Positions 27,698 through 54,677 of a stretch of 64,000 nucleotides of DNA are shown piece by piece. The notes under the pieces were generated by a model. It was not told where the DNA came from. It worked only from the letters and a program-made list of their open reading frames with translations, and ran no database searches. The stretch is from Tubiluchus corallicola. Lineage: Eukaryota; Animalia; Priapulida. The stretch spans positions 402,548 to 466,547 of the forward strand of contig JAQGDQ010000163.1 in assembly GCA_030141605.1 (NCBI GenBank), written 5' to 3'. A program made the position numbers and the translations under genes. The first letter of the stretch is position 1, and each line of letters starts with the position of its first letter.

Positions 27698-28183
27698 CAA
27701 TGTATAAATGAACTTTCTTCATCAGGAACTTCCAATTGGAACTAGTTCATTACAACAAAATGGAACTTGGAACTGGAACTAGTTCTTTTTGTCACACTGG
27801 AATTTGGAAGTGAAATGGGTTCCATCTAATTTTTGCCAGTTTTCACATTTCCGGCACGTTTGTGATTGCTTTCTTCGTTAAGCACCATTGATTATTTTTA
27901 GGAATATTTTAAAGGCGGCAGCTAATTTAAGTCGGTTGTCCTGTAGGTAATAGAGAGAAAATAATGCAAAGAAAGAACGTAAATTGAACCAAGTTCGTTG
28001 CGGCGAAAAGAAACTTGGAACTGGAGGTAATTCCATTTCTTAAAACTCAGCAGAACTCAGAACTTGGCTTAGTTCTTTTTGTCACAGAGAAGCCTGGAAT
28101 ACGAATTAGTTTTTTCCTTACCAAAGAACTAGCACCTGAAACTAGTTCCTAAAACTGAGGAGTGATGAACTTTTACAATACTG
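27698..28183. mobile_element. hAT-type MITE downstream of the p38 stop codon (probably in its 3'UTR)
   Basis: CA...TG ends, many GGAACT/AGTTCC subterminal motifs, 8-bp TSD GCTACAAC/GCTATAAC. Preceded by a 37-bp tandem duplication at 27622-27695. Confidence 0.65.
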
Positions 28184-29547
28184 GCTATAACACAATACCT
28201 TAGAACTCTGTCCAGCCAATTCACTGGTACAATTGTGGCTGACTGTCCGTTAATCCACAATTACAAGTATCACTCATATGATGATAACCAGACCCTTGTG
28301 CTGCAAAACTTCTTTGTGCAGCTTTCAATACAAATTAAAACTATTTGCTGCAAAATGTGTTTTTGATTTTTGCAAAAGTAATAACAGTGCTTTTAATCTG
28401 ACAAAGAACTCCTTAGAAAATAAAGTTAAGCGAATTCTTCTAATAGTAAATGTGCACATCAATGGCAATGATATATATTATATATACATAACATGGAGCA
28501 AACGCAGTGATAATAAAGTTGCACATAATACAATACAGCCTAAGTCAATACCAACCTTACAAAATTTTCAGACATTTCCACCCTGTAATACTCAAGAGCC
28601 ACCTGGAGGACAGTGTGGTAACTAGCGAAACTCTTAAAATATATATGCACACCTCTCAGTTGACCCTAGCTGATCTTGCAGATTAAAATATAATATAGTT
28701 GCCACGCCAAACCGTAATACTTTATTGCATTTAGGGCACTACAAGATTTCAAAAGTAGGGTCCGAAAAATTGGAGAATTTATTTTATTAAAAGAATCGTT
28801 AAATCAGCAAAAACTACTCATGTGTTATCACTAGTTGTACAAACTATTTTGACCACGGCTGGTTAAGAGAGTTACCAGCTAAGTAGTTTGGTAAAAGAGT
28901 TCGATAATATCTTAGGTAACTGTTATGGCAAGGTCAGGTTTTCTCGTTTGTCTATTTAGCCTCTAGTAGCATACGTGATTATGTACAACAGCATGTACAG
29001 AATGTTAAATTGAAAAGGTAAATAATTTGCAGTTAAAAACAACAATTTTTAAATTTTCACAATCAAACTTAACCAAAGGGAAGAAAATTTGAATTTTTAA
29101 GTTGATAGTGCGGATTTGAACTTTAAATATTGAAAATACAACGCCATAAACTCTAGATGACTCTGGCTCTTGTGACCACTGCAGGTCTTAGCTCTATCCT
29201 AATTGCTCACACTAACGTAATTATTATTTATTAGCTAATTTGATTTTTAAGCTAAAATTTACAATTACCCACACACAGGAAATTAGTTCATGAAGCAGAT
29301 TACAATTTGGGCTAGGGTATTTAAATTGTGGGAAGAATTGTAAATGCCTTCCGATTTTTGTAATTAGATTAATGTTCTGAAATTCCACAATTCCTTTTGT
29401 TTAGTCCAGTCTTACTTTCAATTCAATTAAAATTGTCATAAAAGAACTTGCAGTACGTGATATCACTCTATTTAATGCTGTAATGCCCAGACTCTCTACT
29501 CTCTAGAGTGTGCAATAGTAAATACTGGTAGTAACTGCGAACATCAA

Positions 29548-43145
<13,598 letters not shown>

Positions 43146-45520
43146 CCTTGAATAAAAACTTTAACTACATTCAGAAATTTAAAAAAACAAAAAACGACGC
43201 ATAATAAGACTCAACAACATTTCCGACATAAAAACCCGTCAAAAGAAGTGAGCGCACTATTGCGATCCGCGTGAAGTCGTATAGGTAATTGTAGCCTACC
43301 CTTCACGACTAGCATCTTCCATCAGAGTTACCTGGCTAATTTCGCTAATAAAATTTATATTATGTAAGACTAACGACTAATGTAAGTCTGAAACACAAGA
43401 ATTTAATTTGCGATACAGATTAGGGTTAGAGTATTTAAATTGTATAGAGAATTGTAAGCTCCTTTCTAAGTAAATGATGTAATTGTATTAAAATGAAATG
43501 GCTGTCTAGCAGTCGTGCAAAAATTATTACTACTGCAACCACTAATAATAATAATAACAACAATAATAATAGTAATAATAATAATAATAAGTAGTAGTAG
43601 TAGTAGCAGTTGTAGTAACTATAATAATGAAAGCGATATAACTGTTATTAAGTAATTTAATTAATACTAATTTAATTTTCACAATGTTTACTTAACAGTT
43701 TGGTGCATAACTATGCTGACAAATTAGAAAACAGTTGTGTAAACTCACACGTAATGTTAAATTAAACATTAGTACAAACATAATTTTTTTACTTCCGCAT
43801 TATAATTTATAGCTATCAGTCAACAGGTATCCTTGTGCTTTTTGAAAGCTCTACGAACAAGTAGAACTAGTTTATGATGTTAGAATTTCAGTGCATTTCG
43901 ATGCCGCACAAGCACATTAGCACTTCCATTCTAATTGTATTTACACAGACTTTCGAATGGTAATGCAATATCTTTTAACATCTGGGTTTATTTAAATTGT
44001 TTTTCAAGTTGTCACTAATGAGGTCGTAAAAAGTAACCAATTGATCGTACAAAATGGTAACAGCATAACACAAAAGTGGAGGCTGCAGTTTTTAAAACGG
44101 CATACATTTGCCATACTGATTCTGGCCGTTTACCCGCTTGAGGGAGGACGTTTTCAACAATCTAACATGGTTACATGTCCAAGATACCTTTACTTAATAA
44201 AGCTGATTACTTTTTATGACTTTATTAGTGTCAACTTAAAAAAATTTAAATTAATCCGGGAAGAATTAATGAGAATTGATTATAGATTAATTGACGAGAA
44301 TTGCATTATCATTGAACCTGATGATATGTATTATAAATAAAACTTTTAATGCAGTTTATAATAATACCATGTCAGATAGTTGTCGTGCATTTTATGTTTT
44401 TTGCTATATAGTAAGAAAACAAACTTACAGCATTCACTAACTTCTAGATTTAGGACATCAAAAGCTCAACATTGTAATATCGTACTAACGCAATACTATG
44501 ATTGATAATTACTTGATCATCAGTCATATTTGAAGGTCGATTATGCACCACAGACATAAAGTCCGACTCCCAACACTACTTTTTACTGTTTTATTACTTC
44601 GTGTACTTTTTTGGCTAGTAAAGTTTATGTTACGTTATGCAACATACTGAGGTGAGTTGAAGAGCCAAGTGTTCCTGTGTGGCTCATAAGATTAATGGCT
44701 TGCATCTGTCTGTGTTCATTATTCAGTATTGGTTTGTGCAGTTATATTTGCCTTTTACCTCATTGAGAGAGCATGTTTTTAAATAATCCAGCACGATTAT
44801 GTGGCAAGGTACCTCTGCCAGTTCATGGCACATTCTAGAAGATTATCCTCGATGATGAACCAGTCTTCCCACTATTATTAAAGTTGAGTAGGTTCTGCTG
44901 TTGCAGTGTGCCAAAATACATGTATAATTTTAATATATGACACTAAAATTCAGATTCACCTGTGGTGTCTAGATATATATTACAATGATGCTACGCTCAG
45001 TAGGTGTTATATATACTTTTAAATTATTCATAGCATAAGGTGACCCAAAGAACAACTACAATTGAAAAAAAATCAAGTAAATGTTCTGATATTAGTATAA
45101 TAATATATGTCAATGCAACATTATTTTTTGCTTGTGGAATGGATCACAAAGCTGTCATACAATCTACTCACTGAATTCAAAATCACTTATGTTTAGACAG
45201 TGTATGAAACTTTCAGGATTGCTTTAACAAATAGCAGAACCAGTGTAAGCTGAAAGTTATTTCTCTTCAAATGTCAAAAATGACAATGGATGCCTGATAT
45301 TTGTGCTGCAGTTAAAATTCCTGCAATCAGTCTAATTCTTAAATGTTTAACAAAGCCAACTGATGAAAGTTGCAAGAACTTTTTATTACAAATTTTGCAA
45401 CAGTTTTAGTTCAACTGCATGTAAACATAGTGCAAGAACTTTGTTCCCAACTCACATTTCTAGTTACTTAAGATGCAAACTGCTTGTAGTAAAAGAGCAG
45501 AATTGAAGAACTGGAAATTT

Positions 45521-46975
45521 TTAATTTTCTTTAGCTGTGTTTTGTAATATATCTAAGAACTCATGAAATTGTTTAAATGAACTTTCTATTTTTTCAATGG
45601 CATCAGCATTCACCATCTGCGCCTTGCTCTGCAGCTCATTGGTCAATTCATCCACCGTGTTCTGTAACTCCTTATTTTCTACTTTTAAACTTGCCAATTG
45701 TTCCTCTGCTTCTCTTCGCCCCTCTTTTTCCACCTCACACTGTTCGCGCAGTACAGAGGCCTCTATCGACAATGCACTGACTTGTTCTTGCAGCTGCTGC
45801 ATCTCCTGTTTGAGTCTTATTTGCTTGTTTCTAGAAAATGAGTTACAAGTTGATGTCGCTAGAGCTGAACGGGGTCTGTGAACTGTTAACCGTGAGGGAT
45901 GATTTAATGTAACCTGTCTCAAATTCATGGCAGAATAAGGGCGACGCAGCCTCACTCCATGTTGTGGACATACACCTGATAAAGCAGATAACTTTTCGAT
46001 CTCAAATGCATGCCACTCATCAATTGGAGGGTTTTCCGCCCGTTGTAATGTTATGTGATAAATATTGCCTAAAACCGGCTCAGGAATTAACGTGTTACCA
46101 TCGAGATCAATATGTAAAATTGTTCCATTGATTTCTAGCAAATCAAGCAGCGATTCAGCACCTTCCTGACTAACACCACATTGTCGCAATTCTACTGATT
46201 TGATCCACATATCATCATGCATTGCTTCCGCCAACAAAGAGACTCCTTCATTACCTAGGAATGGATTGTCATTGAGTTTCAGGAACCTCAGCCCAGGCAC
46301 GCTGTCAGGATTGAACGCTTGATAGCGAAGAGTCCCTTGCCAAGCTGTGTTCTGTCGTGTGACACACTGATGCTTGATAATATCACAGATAACAGCAGCT
46401 GACTTACTACTCAATTCACATCCGCTTAAATCAAGAGACAAAATTCTTGAAGAAGTAAGACTGCGGGCTAACTGTTCCAGACCTTGATCACCAATTTGGC
46501 AGTATGCTAAACACAATCCTTGTAAGGTACTGTTTGCTTGAAGACCATCACCTAGCAGCCTTCTATCTTGTTTGCGCAAGACAATTCCGATTATTGCTAG
46601 TTTTTCTATATTAGTGCCTGTGTAAAGAACAGATTTCAGAGTGGATGCTACCTGATAAGTCATCTCTTTCTTAACAAACTGAAATTTAGTCTTTGAGATG
46701 GCTGGCAGTGCGTTTCTGGTCGGGTCATTACGGATGATGATAGTGTTGACCTTGTCTGAAGCTGTGGCAAAAAGCCGAGCAAGCGGTTTCCAGTCCTGGA
46801 TAAGCATGCGCCTGACGTTGAAGTCCAATGTGCCATTAAGCAGACAAGATTTCACAGCATCATGAGGTGATGTCTTCTGCAAGGTACATAACCGGCAATA
46901 ATAGTCATACAAAGTTTCACGAGTCTGCCGCTTGAGGTGACGAAAAGAATAATTATTTCTAACAGTGTCTGTCAT
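45521..46975 (-). CDS. CEP78: Centrosomal protein 78-like (LRR + coiled coil), single-exon CDS, 484 aa
   Basis: N-terminus MTDTV...YCRLCTLQ...AVKSCLLNGTLDFNV...DWKPL, then LRRs, IIKHQ..R..TAWQGTLRY, GLRFLKLNDNPFLGNEG..LAEAMHDDMWIK, and coiled-coil tail IESSFKQFHEFLD. All recall CEP78. First ATG at 46975. Confidence 0.85.
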   Translation of the reverse strand: MTDTVRNNYSFRHLKRQTRETLYDYYCRLCTLQKTSPHDAVKSCLLNGTLDFNVRRMLIQDWKPLARLFATASDKVNTIIIRNDPTRNALPAISKTKFQFVKKEMTYQVASTLKSVLYTGTNIEKLAIIGIVLRKQDRRLLGDGLQANSTLQGLCLAYCQIGDQGLEQLARSLTSSRILSLDLSGCELSSKSAAVICDIIKHQCVTRQNTAWQGTLRYQAFNPDSVPGLRFLKLNDNPFLGNEGVSLLAEAMHDDMWIKSVELRQCGVSQEGAESLLDLLEINGTILHIDLDGNTLIPEPVLGNIYHITLQRAENPPIDEWHAFEIEKLSALSGVCPQHGVRLRRPYSAMNLRQVTLNHPSRLTVHRPRSALATSTCNSFSRNKQIRLKQEMQQLQEQVSALSIEASVLREQCEVEKEGRREAEEQLASLKVENKELQNTVDELTNELQSKAQMVNADAIEKIESSFKQFHEFLDILQNTAKEN

Positions 46976-47779
46976 GGCAATGAGAAGCTTGAAACAATTC
47001 AAAAGACAAAAAATGCTTGACGCTATGATACGAAAACTAAAATAAAATTAGTTTTAGTCAAATAATTCAACTTTTTTCCGCATTCTAGCAGCAGGTAAGC
47101 TGGAGACCTTCTTACAGTTCTAATTCCAACATACCTAAAAAAACAAATAATTAGCTACACAAAATTAACAAAACATTTATATTTTTCAATTCATGAAAGG
47201 CTTTTATTTTCAGACTACTAGTGACCTAAATCATTTATTTTAATGCATAAGATTCTAAAGTCCATAAAGATAAATTAATATATAATGAAATACTTTAATA
47301 TTAAATAGCAATTTAATAATAGTACGCAATTTAGATTAATGCCCAAATTTTTGGCAAAACAAAATATTTCTATTTGCATGTATGCACCTCGTTGTAATGC
47401 CAAACTTGCTCAACACCAATGCTTTTTTACAGCCCAAAAATAGCCAGTATAAAGAGGTGCAACTGTAATATATACGTGCTGGATTTGTGTGTGCATGTGC
47501 TATGTAACATCAAAACAATTCATAGAATTTTGCCTGTCAGCACTTACAAGTTAAAGAAAAGAAGAGTCAAAAGTTTCATATTATCATCATTCATTATCAT
47601 CACAATAATTATGCCCATTTGTTACGTCTATTCTGTGGACATTGGGCAGGCAGAATTCTAAAAAAGAACTCCAAGCTCAAGAAAGGTAAACACAGCAGTA
47701 ATCCAACAAAAAACAAGACACTGCTAAGTCAACGACTTGCCAGGACCACTTCCAATATAAAAATATCTATTATATTTTT

Positions 47780-48835
47780 TCTTCTTCTTCTTTTGCTCTA
47801 AACATCTATTGTAGAGATAGAGCCTCTAACCTTTATTAGAGCACCCCACTGCTTCCCGTCTGCAAATAAAATTTTCAATTTCTGTGATACTGTTGTGAGC
47901 GGAGTAGGAACTAGCTGAAGTAGGACGTATCGTACATGGGCTAGCCTAAGTAGGATGCATCGCACATGAGTTGCCCCAGTGGGACACTAGAGATAGGTCA
48001 CAAATAAAGTTGTTAACCCTACTGGCAGCGTCAGTTGTCTTTGTTTATTTAATAATAATAATTGAAAATGTCAACACACATTGAATAATTCGTTATACAT
48101 CTAATAAAATAAGCGAATCTTATTCTGAGATGGTAGAATAGCCAATATTAAATTTGGCTTTAAAATTAATCTTTTTGAAGTGAAATGAGCCTACTTGTTA
48201 GGCAATTCCAACATTTGCTAAAGGTATATCATTTTTTATTTTGTCTCGCTTCACAGACAGTTGATACGTTTCACTACCTCTTGGACAAATAATTGTTTTC
48301 TAAGTAAATGGGCTGGCAAGCTATGTGCCCTATATAGTTTCTCTTTTTAAAGCATTAGATACTTAGTTTAATGTTATGATGCTGTGAATTGAGTTAATAA
48401 TAATTATGATATTATTGTAAAAATACATTTGCAAATTGTAAAGTACTATCCATCATTGCTATAAAGTTACTTTTTTCTAAAAACATGTTTTATTATGTCC
48501 TAATTCTCGATTCTCCACAGAAATCGCAAGTGCTCTACTTGAGATGCCCATGTATGACACTGCTTTCTCGCAAATTTAGCACATGCGCCTTAGCGGAAGT
48601 GTCCTACTTTGGCTAGTGGCATACTCTACGCCCTACAATACTATTGCTAAGTTTAGCCTCAGCTGCTGTAAATCTTTAATAGACTTTATTCTAAATATCC
48701 AACTTTCCAAGTTGTTTTTGATTGGCTAGGAGGTTGTTTAGCAGGTTTCAGTGTCTCGTTTAATGCTAATCTTACTAGGGTTCTTTCCGGCAATCTCATT
48801 AAATGTCCTACCCATCTGATTATGACTTTAGCGCC
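47780..48835 (-). mobile_element. RTE-type LINE 3' remnant C, interrupted by a MITE
   Basis: Minus-strand RWVGHLMRLPERTLVRLALNETLKPAKQP..KTTWK and (GAA)n tail at about 47780-47792. Confidence 0.7.
47891..48637. mobile_element. Ginger-like MITE copy 3
   Basis: TGT...ACA ends, decayed TIRs and 4-bp TSD ATAC. Body is an inverted homolog of 8561-9312. Confidence 0.85.
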
Positions 48836-48872
48836 CTAATGTTATATTATGTTATATTTAAATGTTTCTCCT

Positions 48873-49275
48873 TCAAAATCTCATTCCACCTGTTGTAGGC
48901 ATTGAGGTACAAACATTGATCAGAGTATTCCACCCTGTTTTATCTACAGCTAATAGCGCAAGTTCTTCTACTCCTAAAGATAGATTTGGTTGAAGTTGTT
49001 GAACATCTTCATTTATCTTAGCTATCCAAGTTGTTTTATGTTTACCACACGGTTTTAAGGCTTCCTTTAAGGGGATTCTTACTGGTGCTACACTTGGTAA
49101 AGTTAGAAGATGTCCTAGCAATCTTAATCTTCGTATCTTGACTTTTGAACTCCAAGAAATTGGTGTATAAATCTTCATTTTTGATTATGTATGACCATCT
49201 TATGTTTAAAACTTTCCTAAGTAGACTTCTATGAAATGTGTCAATCTCCTTTCCTTGAGTAATCGTTACCCAACG
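48873..49275 (-). mobile_element. RTE-type LINE 3' remnant D
   Basis: IDTFHRSLLRKVLNIRW..IIKNEDLY / KIRRLRLLGHLLTLP..PVRIPLKEALKP..KTTWI, with a frameshift. Confidence 0.8.
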
Positions 49276-49830
49276 CTTCATTAGCTATATGGGACCAGTC
49301 CCGTGGAACAAACTAAGCCGCAATTCGAAATGTAGTCACTTCCTTTCAATTTTTAAAAAAACCGTCAGAAAAGAAATGTTTCAAAAGTATTAAGAGTAAC
49401 ACAATTTGATAATGGTAATAACCTGCATTCTTTTCCCACAGTAATCTTAATATAACGTGACTATGCTCAACAGGTTACTGAACACTTTATAATCATGATC
49501 ACAGTTTTTCTTAGTTCTCGCTCCATTTCATCTTTCATTCACTACTCCCCCACTTTTCTGTATATATTATCATTATTCATTATTTCAGTTATTAGTCATT
49601 CTTTTTTAAGATTTCCACGTACAGTTTGGCCTGTCAAGCTATGCTTTTAGGCTCAAACTGTATGCATCAAAATTATTCTGTAATGTAATTTGCACATGTA
49701 TATGCTGCATTTTGTAATTTCTCGATAATACTGCATTTATTTATATTTACCTAAATGGATAATTATCTGTATTTTATTAATGATAATTGTAAGATGCAAT
49801 GTGGAAATGAATAAACTCTTGAACTTGAAC
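49272..49830 (+). mobile_element. L2/CR1-group LINE 3' fragment, second copy
   Basis: Near-identical to the reverse complement of 1047-1555. Ends AATAAACTCTTGAACTTGAAC. Confidence 0.85.
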
Positions 49831-52265
49831 CCCAAGTTTCACTGTTGTCCATTAATATGCTGGTAACGTAAGCATTAAATAATCAAAGTTTTACCTTAAG
49901 ACTTAATTCCTTGCTAGTTAATATATTCTTGTGCTGAAGAAAATCATGTCATCTTCGGTGCTTAAACGTTTCAAAACACAGCATTACTGCAGCCGTACAT
50001 CGTTTGTTCTGACTTCCGCCTTTAAAAGATGCACTAGAATGACAATTAATTGCCTGAGTCTTCACTACGCCATAAACGCCCTATAAAATACTATTATACC
50101 ACAAACTACTTTTTACACTTGTTCATTTCACGGCAATATGCCAATTCCCTAGGAATAATAATAATAATGATAATAATAATCTTTTTATTTATCTTGCAAC
50201 ACATGCACAGTTATAATACAATTAATTTGGAAACAAAAATGTGAAGAAAGGGCAGCTAAAGACAAATTGGTCATCTAGTCAGCTGCAAATACAGCAAGAC
50301 AGCAAGCTTGGTGTCTCTCCAAGTAAAAAAATTGACCAAGTCAGCAGTTCCTTTACTAGGCTAACAAGTAAATGCAAGATGAACATCAAAGATGTTATTA
50401 TTTGACCATTTCAATTATGACAATAATTACGATTAACAAAATTATCCTGTCATACATGATGAAGATAAGAACACATTTATGGTTGTATGAATCACAAGTT
50501 TAATATTAAATCTTAATCTGTCTTTCATATTCACACGCGATGGTGTGTTATTTTTATACAGAAAAAAGACACAAAGCATCGCCAATGAGCAAGGTAACTA
50601 AAATTTTGATTTTGGTTTAATTGTAACGTAGGAGCAAATATTTACGCAATTAATGCACAATGCCTATATGCATACAATTAACCTATTAATACCTACAATT
50701 TAAAGGTAACATGAACTTTCAATAGGTAAAAATGAATATTACCAAATTTCATAAAACAATTTTCCTAAGTTGCTTTTATCTTATCACAAAGCACAAGCCA
50801 TCATGACTAATAGCTGTAGTTGCCTTTAAAAATTGAATATCATTTGTTTAACAAAAAGTTGTATTATATAGCTGAGCCATAAAGGATTGTTCAAAAATAG
50901 AACTTAATCACAGTAAAAAATATTAGTTGAACGTGTTTGAGTGTGAGTAGAAGTCTCAGACAAGAATCGTCAGTTACAGTGAATCACTTCTGTGTGAGTT
51001 AAAAAAGCCACTGTGTTCTAAATTTAAGCTAACAATAACTGATTCCAACAAGAAAGACGTCATTGTACTAATCATTGCATCATTGTTGGTATATGTTCTA
51101 TTTGAAAGACTATATAGACACTCTAACCTGATTATGCTCAGTCGTCATACAAAGCGTGGTATTTCACTAGCGCACTCTAAAATTCGAAAAGCAAAATTCA
51201 CACAATTTGAAAACTGTATCTAGTTGAAATTTTACACAATACTGAAAATTCGCGATGCGGTCAACTCAATGTCAACGTTAAGCAGTTATGTGTATAACCT
51301 AGTTCACTGGCTTATTACGAGTTTCTGCGTGTTAACGCCTTATTGTACTTCACTCATCATCAGCAACCTTTGAAGCCGGTAGCACCGAAAGTGAGAAATA
51401 AAAGGCAAGCCCGAAATACAGATTTTAATGGTACCTAAACAAGTTTATGTTTCACATTTATTTTATCCAAAGGCTAACACTGCAGCTTGGCTGGATAAAA
51501 CACGCTCGAAACATGAGGTAGAAAACGTTTGTTGTGGCGCTTTGATTTTGCTTTTAAGTGACTCTTGAGATGGTGGCAATTTGTGTATTATAAATGTCCC
51601 AAGTTCTACTATTATAATTCCTATTACTGCAGACCGTGCATAACACAAACTCTATAGTAGCAATCTAATCTATAGTACTAATCTATAGTAGCAACTATAA
51701 TTATAGAAACATAATTATGTACAAGTGAAACATTGGTTTATTCAGAGCCAGACCCTTTAGTTAAAAACATCCAGCCAGAAATGCATTGATTCAATTTGGT
51801 CTATAGCCTTTGTTACTGCTAATGGCGTTTTATTCTCAAAAATATGATTTAAATAATAAATATCCCATATATGTATAAAGAACTTTGCACGGGAGAATTG
51901 AGATGTGGTGCAAAACAAGTGTGAAAGAATTAAATCTCATCATCTGAACATTAATGGGAAGAAGATAGCAGAAGATGTCTCTTCACCTATTCAAACACAT
52001 ACACACAAATGAATACACAGTACATGTTTATTTCTCTTATATAGCTATTATGTCTTGAAAATGTAAAATATTTGCAGTGCAAACAGCAGACAGACATTTT
52101 AACTATTAATTTTTACACGAAAATTAAATTAATTTTGCTAATTTCGCTATTACGTATGTATACTTATATCTCACTTGTTACTTTTCAGTACTGTACATAT
52201 GTTAGTATTGTTGCAAGTTTCCTTTGAGGGGAAATCGAGTGTACGTTTTGTATATTCTTCAGGTT

Positions 52266-53252
52266 ATGCTACTGCAGATGCCGAATGAACTCCAAGTCCT
52301 AATTTGCAGTTACCTGGATACTGCAAGTATGCAAAATCTGAGTCTAACATGCCATCAAATGCATTGTATCGTCAACAACCCATCAAACTGGAAGCGTCGC
52401 ATCATTTTTCTTAGGGAACTCACACGACTCTCTGCCATCTCTGCAGTGACGCTGAAGTCTAGAAATCCCACGAATTTGGTCTTAACCGTGTCAAGTGATG
52501 CTGATTTACTGGGTGGAAAAGCAGAACTAGTATACAGACTTGCTAAGTGCACACCTGAGTTAAAATCTTTGTATGTCAGTAGCGACAAATTTTCAACAAT
52601 TCAGCCGCTGATGCATATGAATCTTATTATTCTCATCTATGCCAATCAAAAGGCTGATCACAATCACACTTTCTTTTCTAGTTTAACTGAAACAGCCTAT
52701 CCCCACTTGAGGATTCTTCACATATCTGGCTTTACACATGTTACTCTGCCAGCTGTTGGCAAACTGCAACAACTGGAAGAGTTAAATCTTGTCGGCACCT
52801 GCACTTCATTTCTGGCACTGGTCAATCGGGTCGTATATAGTCTGCCAAGACTGACTCGACTATTCTTGGAAAAGAGCAAGAACAGCTATTGGCATCAGTT
52901 GAGAAAGGAGGAACAAATGGCCGAGCTGACTGAATTGCTACAGCCTCCTAAGGGAACTCTGCAAATGACCGAGTTGTGCAGTAAAAGCTGCAGCATGGTG
53001 CAATATATCCATCTCCATCTTGACATGCTGCATGTAAATTATAAGTATGGCAGAGCAATGTCTATTACTAAAAACAAAAGCTATGAAGCTGACTACAGCT
53101 GTTACGTGCCATTCCTCAAACTGGAGAACATATTTATAGGACTAATCACACCTTGGCGGGAACATGCCCGTAGTTGTGCTTGTTGTGCACATATCAGTCA
53201 GGAAGCATACTTACACCATTACCAGAAAACGTACAAAAATTTGATAAAATGA
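52266..53252 (+). CDS. F-box protein with LRR-like C-terminal region (328 aa), single-exon CDS
   Basis: LLQMPNELQVLICSYLD...LSLTCHQMHCIV...W is an F-box motif, followed by LxxLxL repeats (PELKSLYV, PHLRILHISG, QLEELNLVG, PRLTRLFL). Acceptor ttcttcag lies 3 nt before the ATG, and AATAAA follows the stop. Confidence 0.8.
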   Translation: MLLQMPNELQVLICSYLDTASMQNLSLTCHQMHCIVNNPSNWKRRIIFLRELTRLSAISAVTLKSRNPTNLVLTVSSDADLLGGKAELVYRLAKCTPELKSLYVSSDKFSTIQPLMHMNLIILIYANQKADHNHTFFSSLTETAYPHLRILHISGFTHVTLPAVGKLQQLEELNLVGTCTSFLALVNRVVYSLPRLTRLFLEKSKNSYWHQLRKEEQMAELTELLQPPKGTLQMTELCSKSCSMVQYIHLHLDMLHVNYKYGRAMSITKNKSYEADYSCYVPFLKLENIFIGLITPWREHARSCACCAHISQEAYLHHYQKTYKNLIK

Positions 53253-54154
53253 TGCTCTGTAAGAGACTTTTAAATAAATAAACTATAATCTATCAATTGG
53301 GCATAATTTTTTTGCCGATAGCATCTGTTTGAAAGATTATCAGTAATGTTGCTGTACTGTGAGTGAATTAACTACACTTGTACATATTTTACAGTAACTA
53401 CAAGATCAGTTGTTTTTATTATTATAGTCATCTGTCTATTTATAGTGAAAACTCTATCATCACGATCCCAAAATCCATCTTCACTTTCTTCTTCAAGACC
53501 AATACACACCTTTCAAAACCAACTATTTTTTAAAATTTACATGATAATTATCTCCAACATTTTTGCGTGTTTTTCTTGTAAAAAAGGGTAATAAATAAAC
53601 ATACTTACTTACTTACTTGTGCTGGTACATCTTGTAATGTACCAGAAAAAAGCCAAATAAAATAAATTACTCATTTTTTTGAACTAGTAATCGGCAGGCA
53701 TAAAACGCACGAAAAGGCTAAAATGAAAAAAAGACGTAACATAGCAATTTCCATCATAATTCAAATTCTATTGCCACAAAAAACAGGAAGAATAACATAT
53801 CATAATGCAATACGTAAATCTTTATTTCAGCTTAATGTACATTGCACCCATATACTACAGGAACAGTCTGGTCTAAACATTATAGTACGACACCAGCAAA
53901 TAATAATTATTCATAATATTAACTAAAAGATTATTATTATTAATGATGTAACAAACGCATAACTGTTTAAAACTGGAATCAAATTCACTAGGTTTGAATA
54001 CAGGCAGCGCAGCGCCCTTTCTTTTGACCAAATTTGGATTCAAAATTCAATAACTGCGCATTTCCTTTACCAGTAATAACTCTTAGTAAATATGACACAA
54101 AGGAAAATTCAGACTATATTGCTTGGTTTAACAGTAAAGAAACTCTAAAGATAT

Positions 54155-54579
54155 TGTAATGTATACGCTCAAATCAAAGTTGCGTTCCCATATCTATGTA
54201 GTTTATTCTGCAAAAATACAAATTTTCTGTAGTCTACTGAAGAGGTAATTACTACATCTACAAATCTAGTGAAATGAAAGTGCTAGAAAATAAGTGCTAC
54301 AGATTACTACGTTACACTAAAAAAGCTAAAATGCATACATACATTGTTGGTCCAATATTGAGTCGAGAAAAAGCCAGAATGTCAGTAAAAGATAGCAGTA
54401 TAATTATAAGACAATTTTTAAATGCAACAAAGACGTGCGTACATGACAAGTTCCACCTATACAATGTCAGAGTAGAAAAAGTAGTCTAGAGGTTGAGCTA
54501 CAGTCTAATATGTTGTGGCTTCTAATGCATATACTACCTTGAGAAGAGGTAATGGACCAAAACATTTGCACCTGCAGCA
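54155..54579 (-). repeat. BEL 3' LTR (425 bp)
   Basis: TG...CA direct repeat of 61276-61684. By eye it differs by 9 substitutions and two indels (6 and 10 bp). Confidence 0.95.
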
Positions 54580-54677
54580 CCCCGCCCCCTTTGAATGTTC
54601 TATCTGGAACATGAAACATAACAAAATATTTATCAATCATTAAACTTTAACCTCATTTTGGAACACAAAAAAACAGT

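Noticed and set aside
43827-43834. Plus-strand GTATCCTT (U12 donor-like), also at about 12903
   Set aside because: No associated exon or U12 branch site. A couple of chance hits are expected in 128 kb of both strands.
51060-51095. NHCIIVG as a candidate catalytic-His exon for the orphan cathepsin
   Set aside because: Spacing is one residue off the C1A HAVxxVG motif, there is no good acceptor, and other protease exons are absent.
54274-54489. Duplicated ORF (also 61280-61594)
   Set aside because: Antisense frame inside the two LTRs, not a gene.
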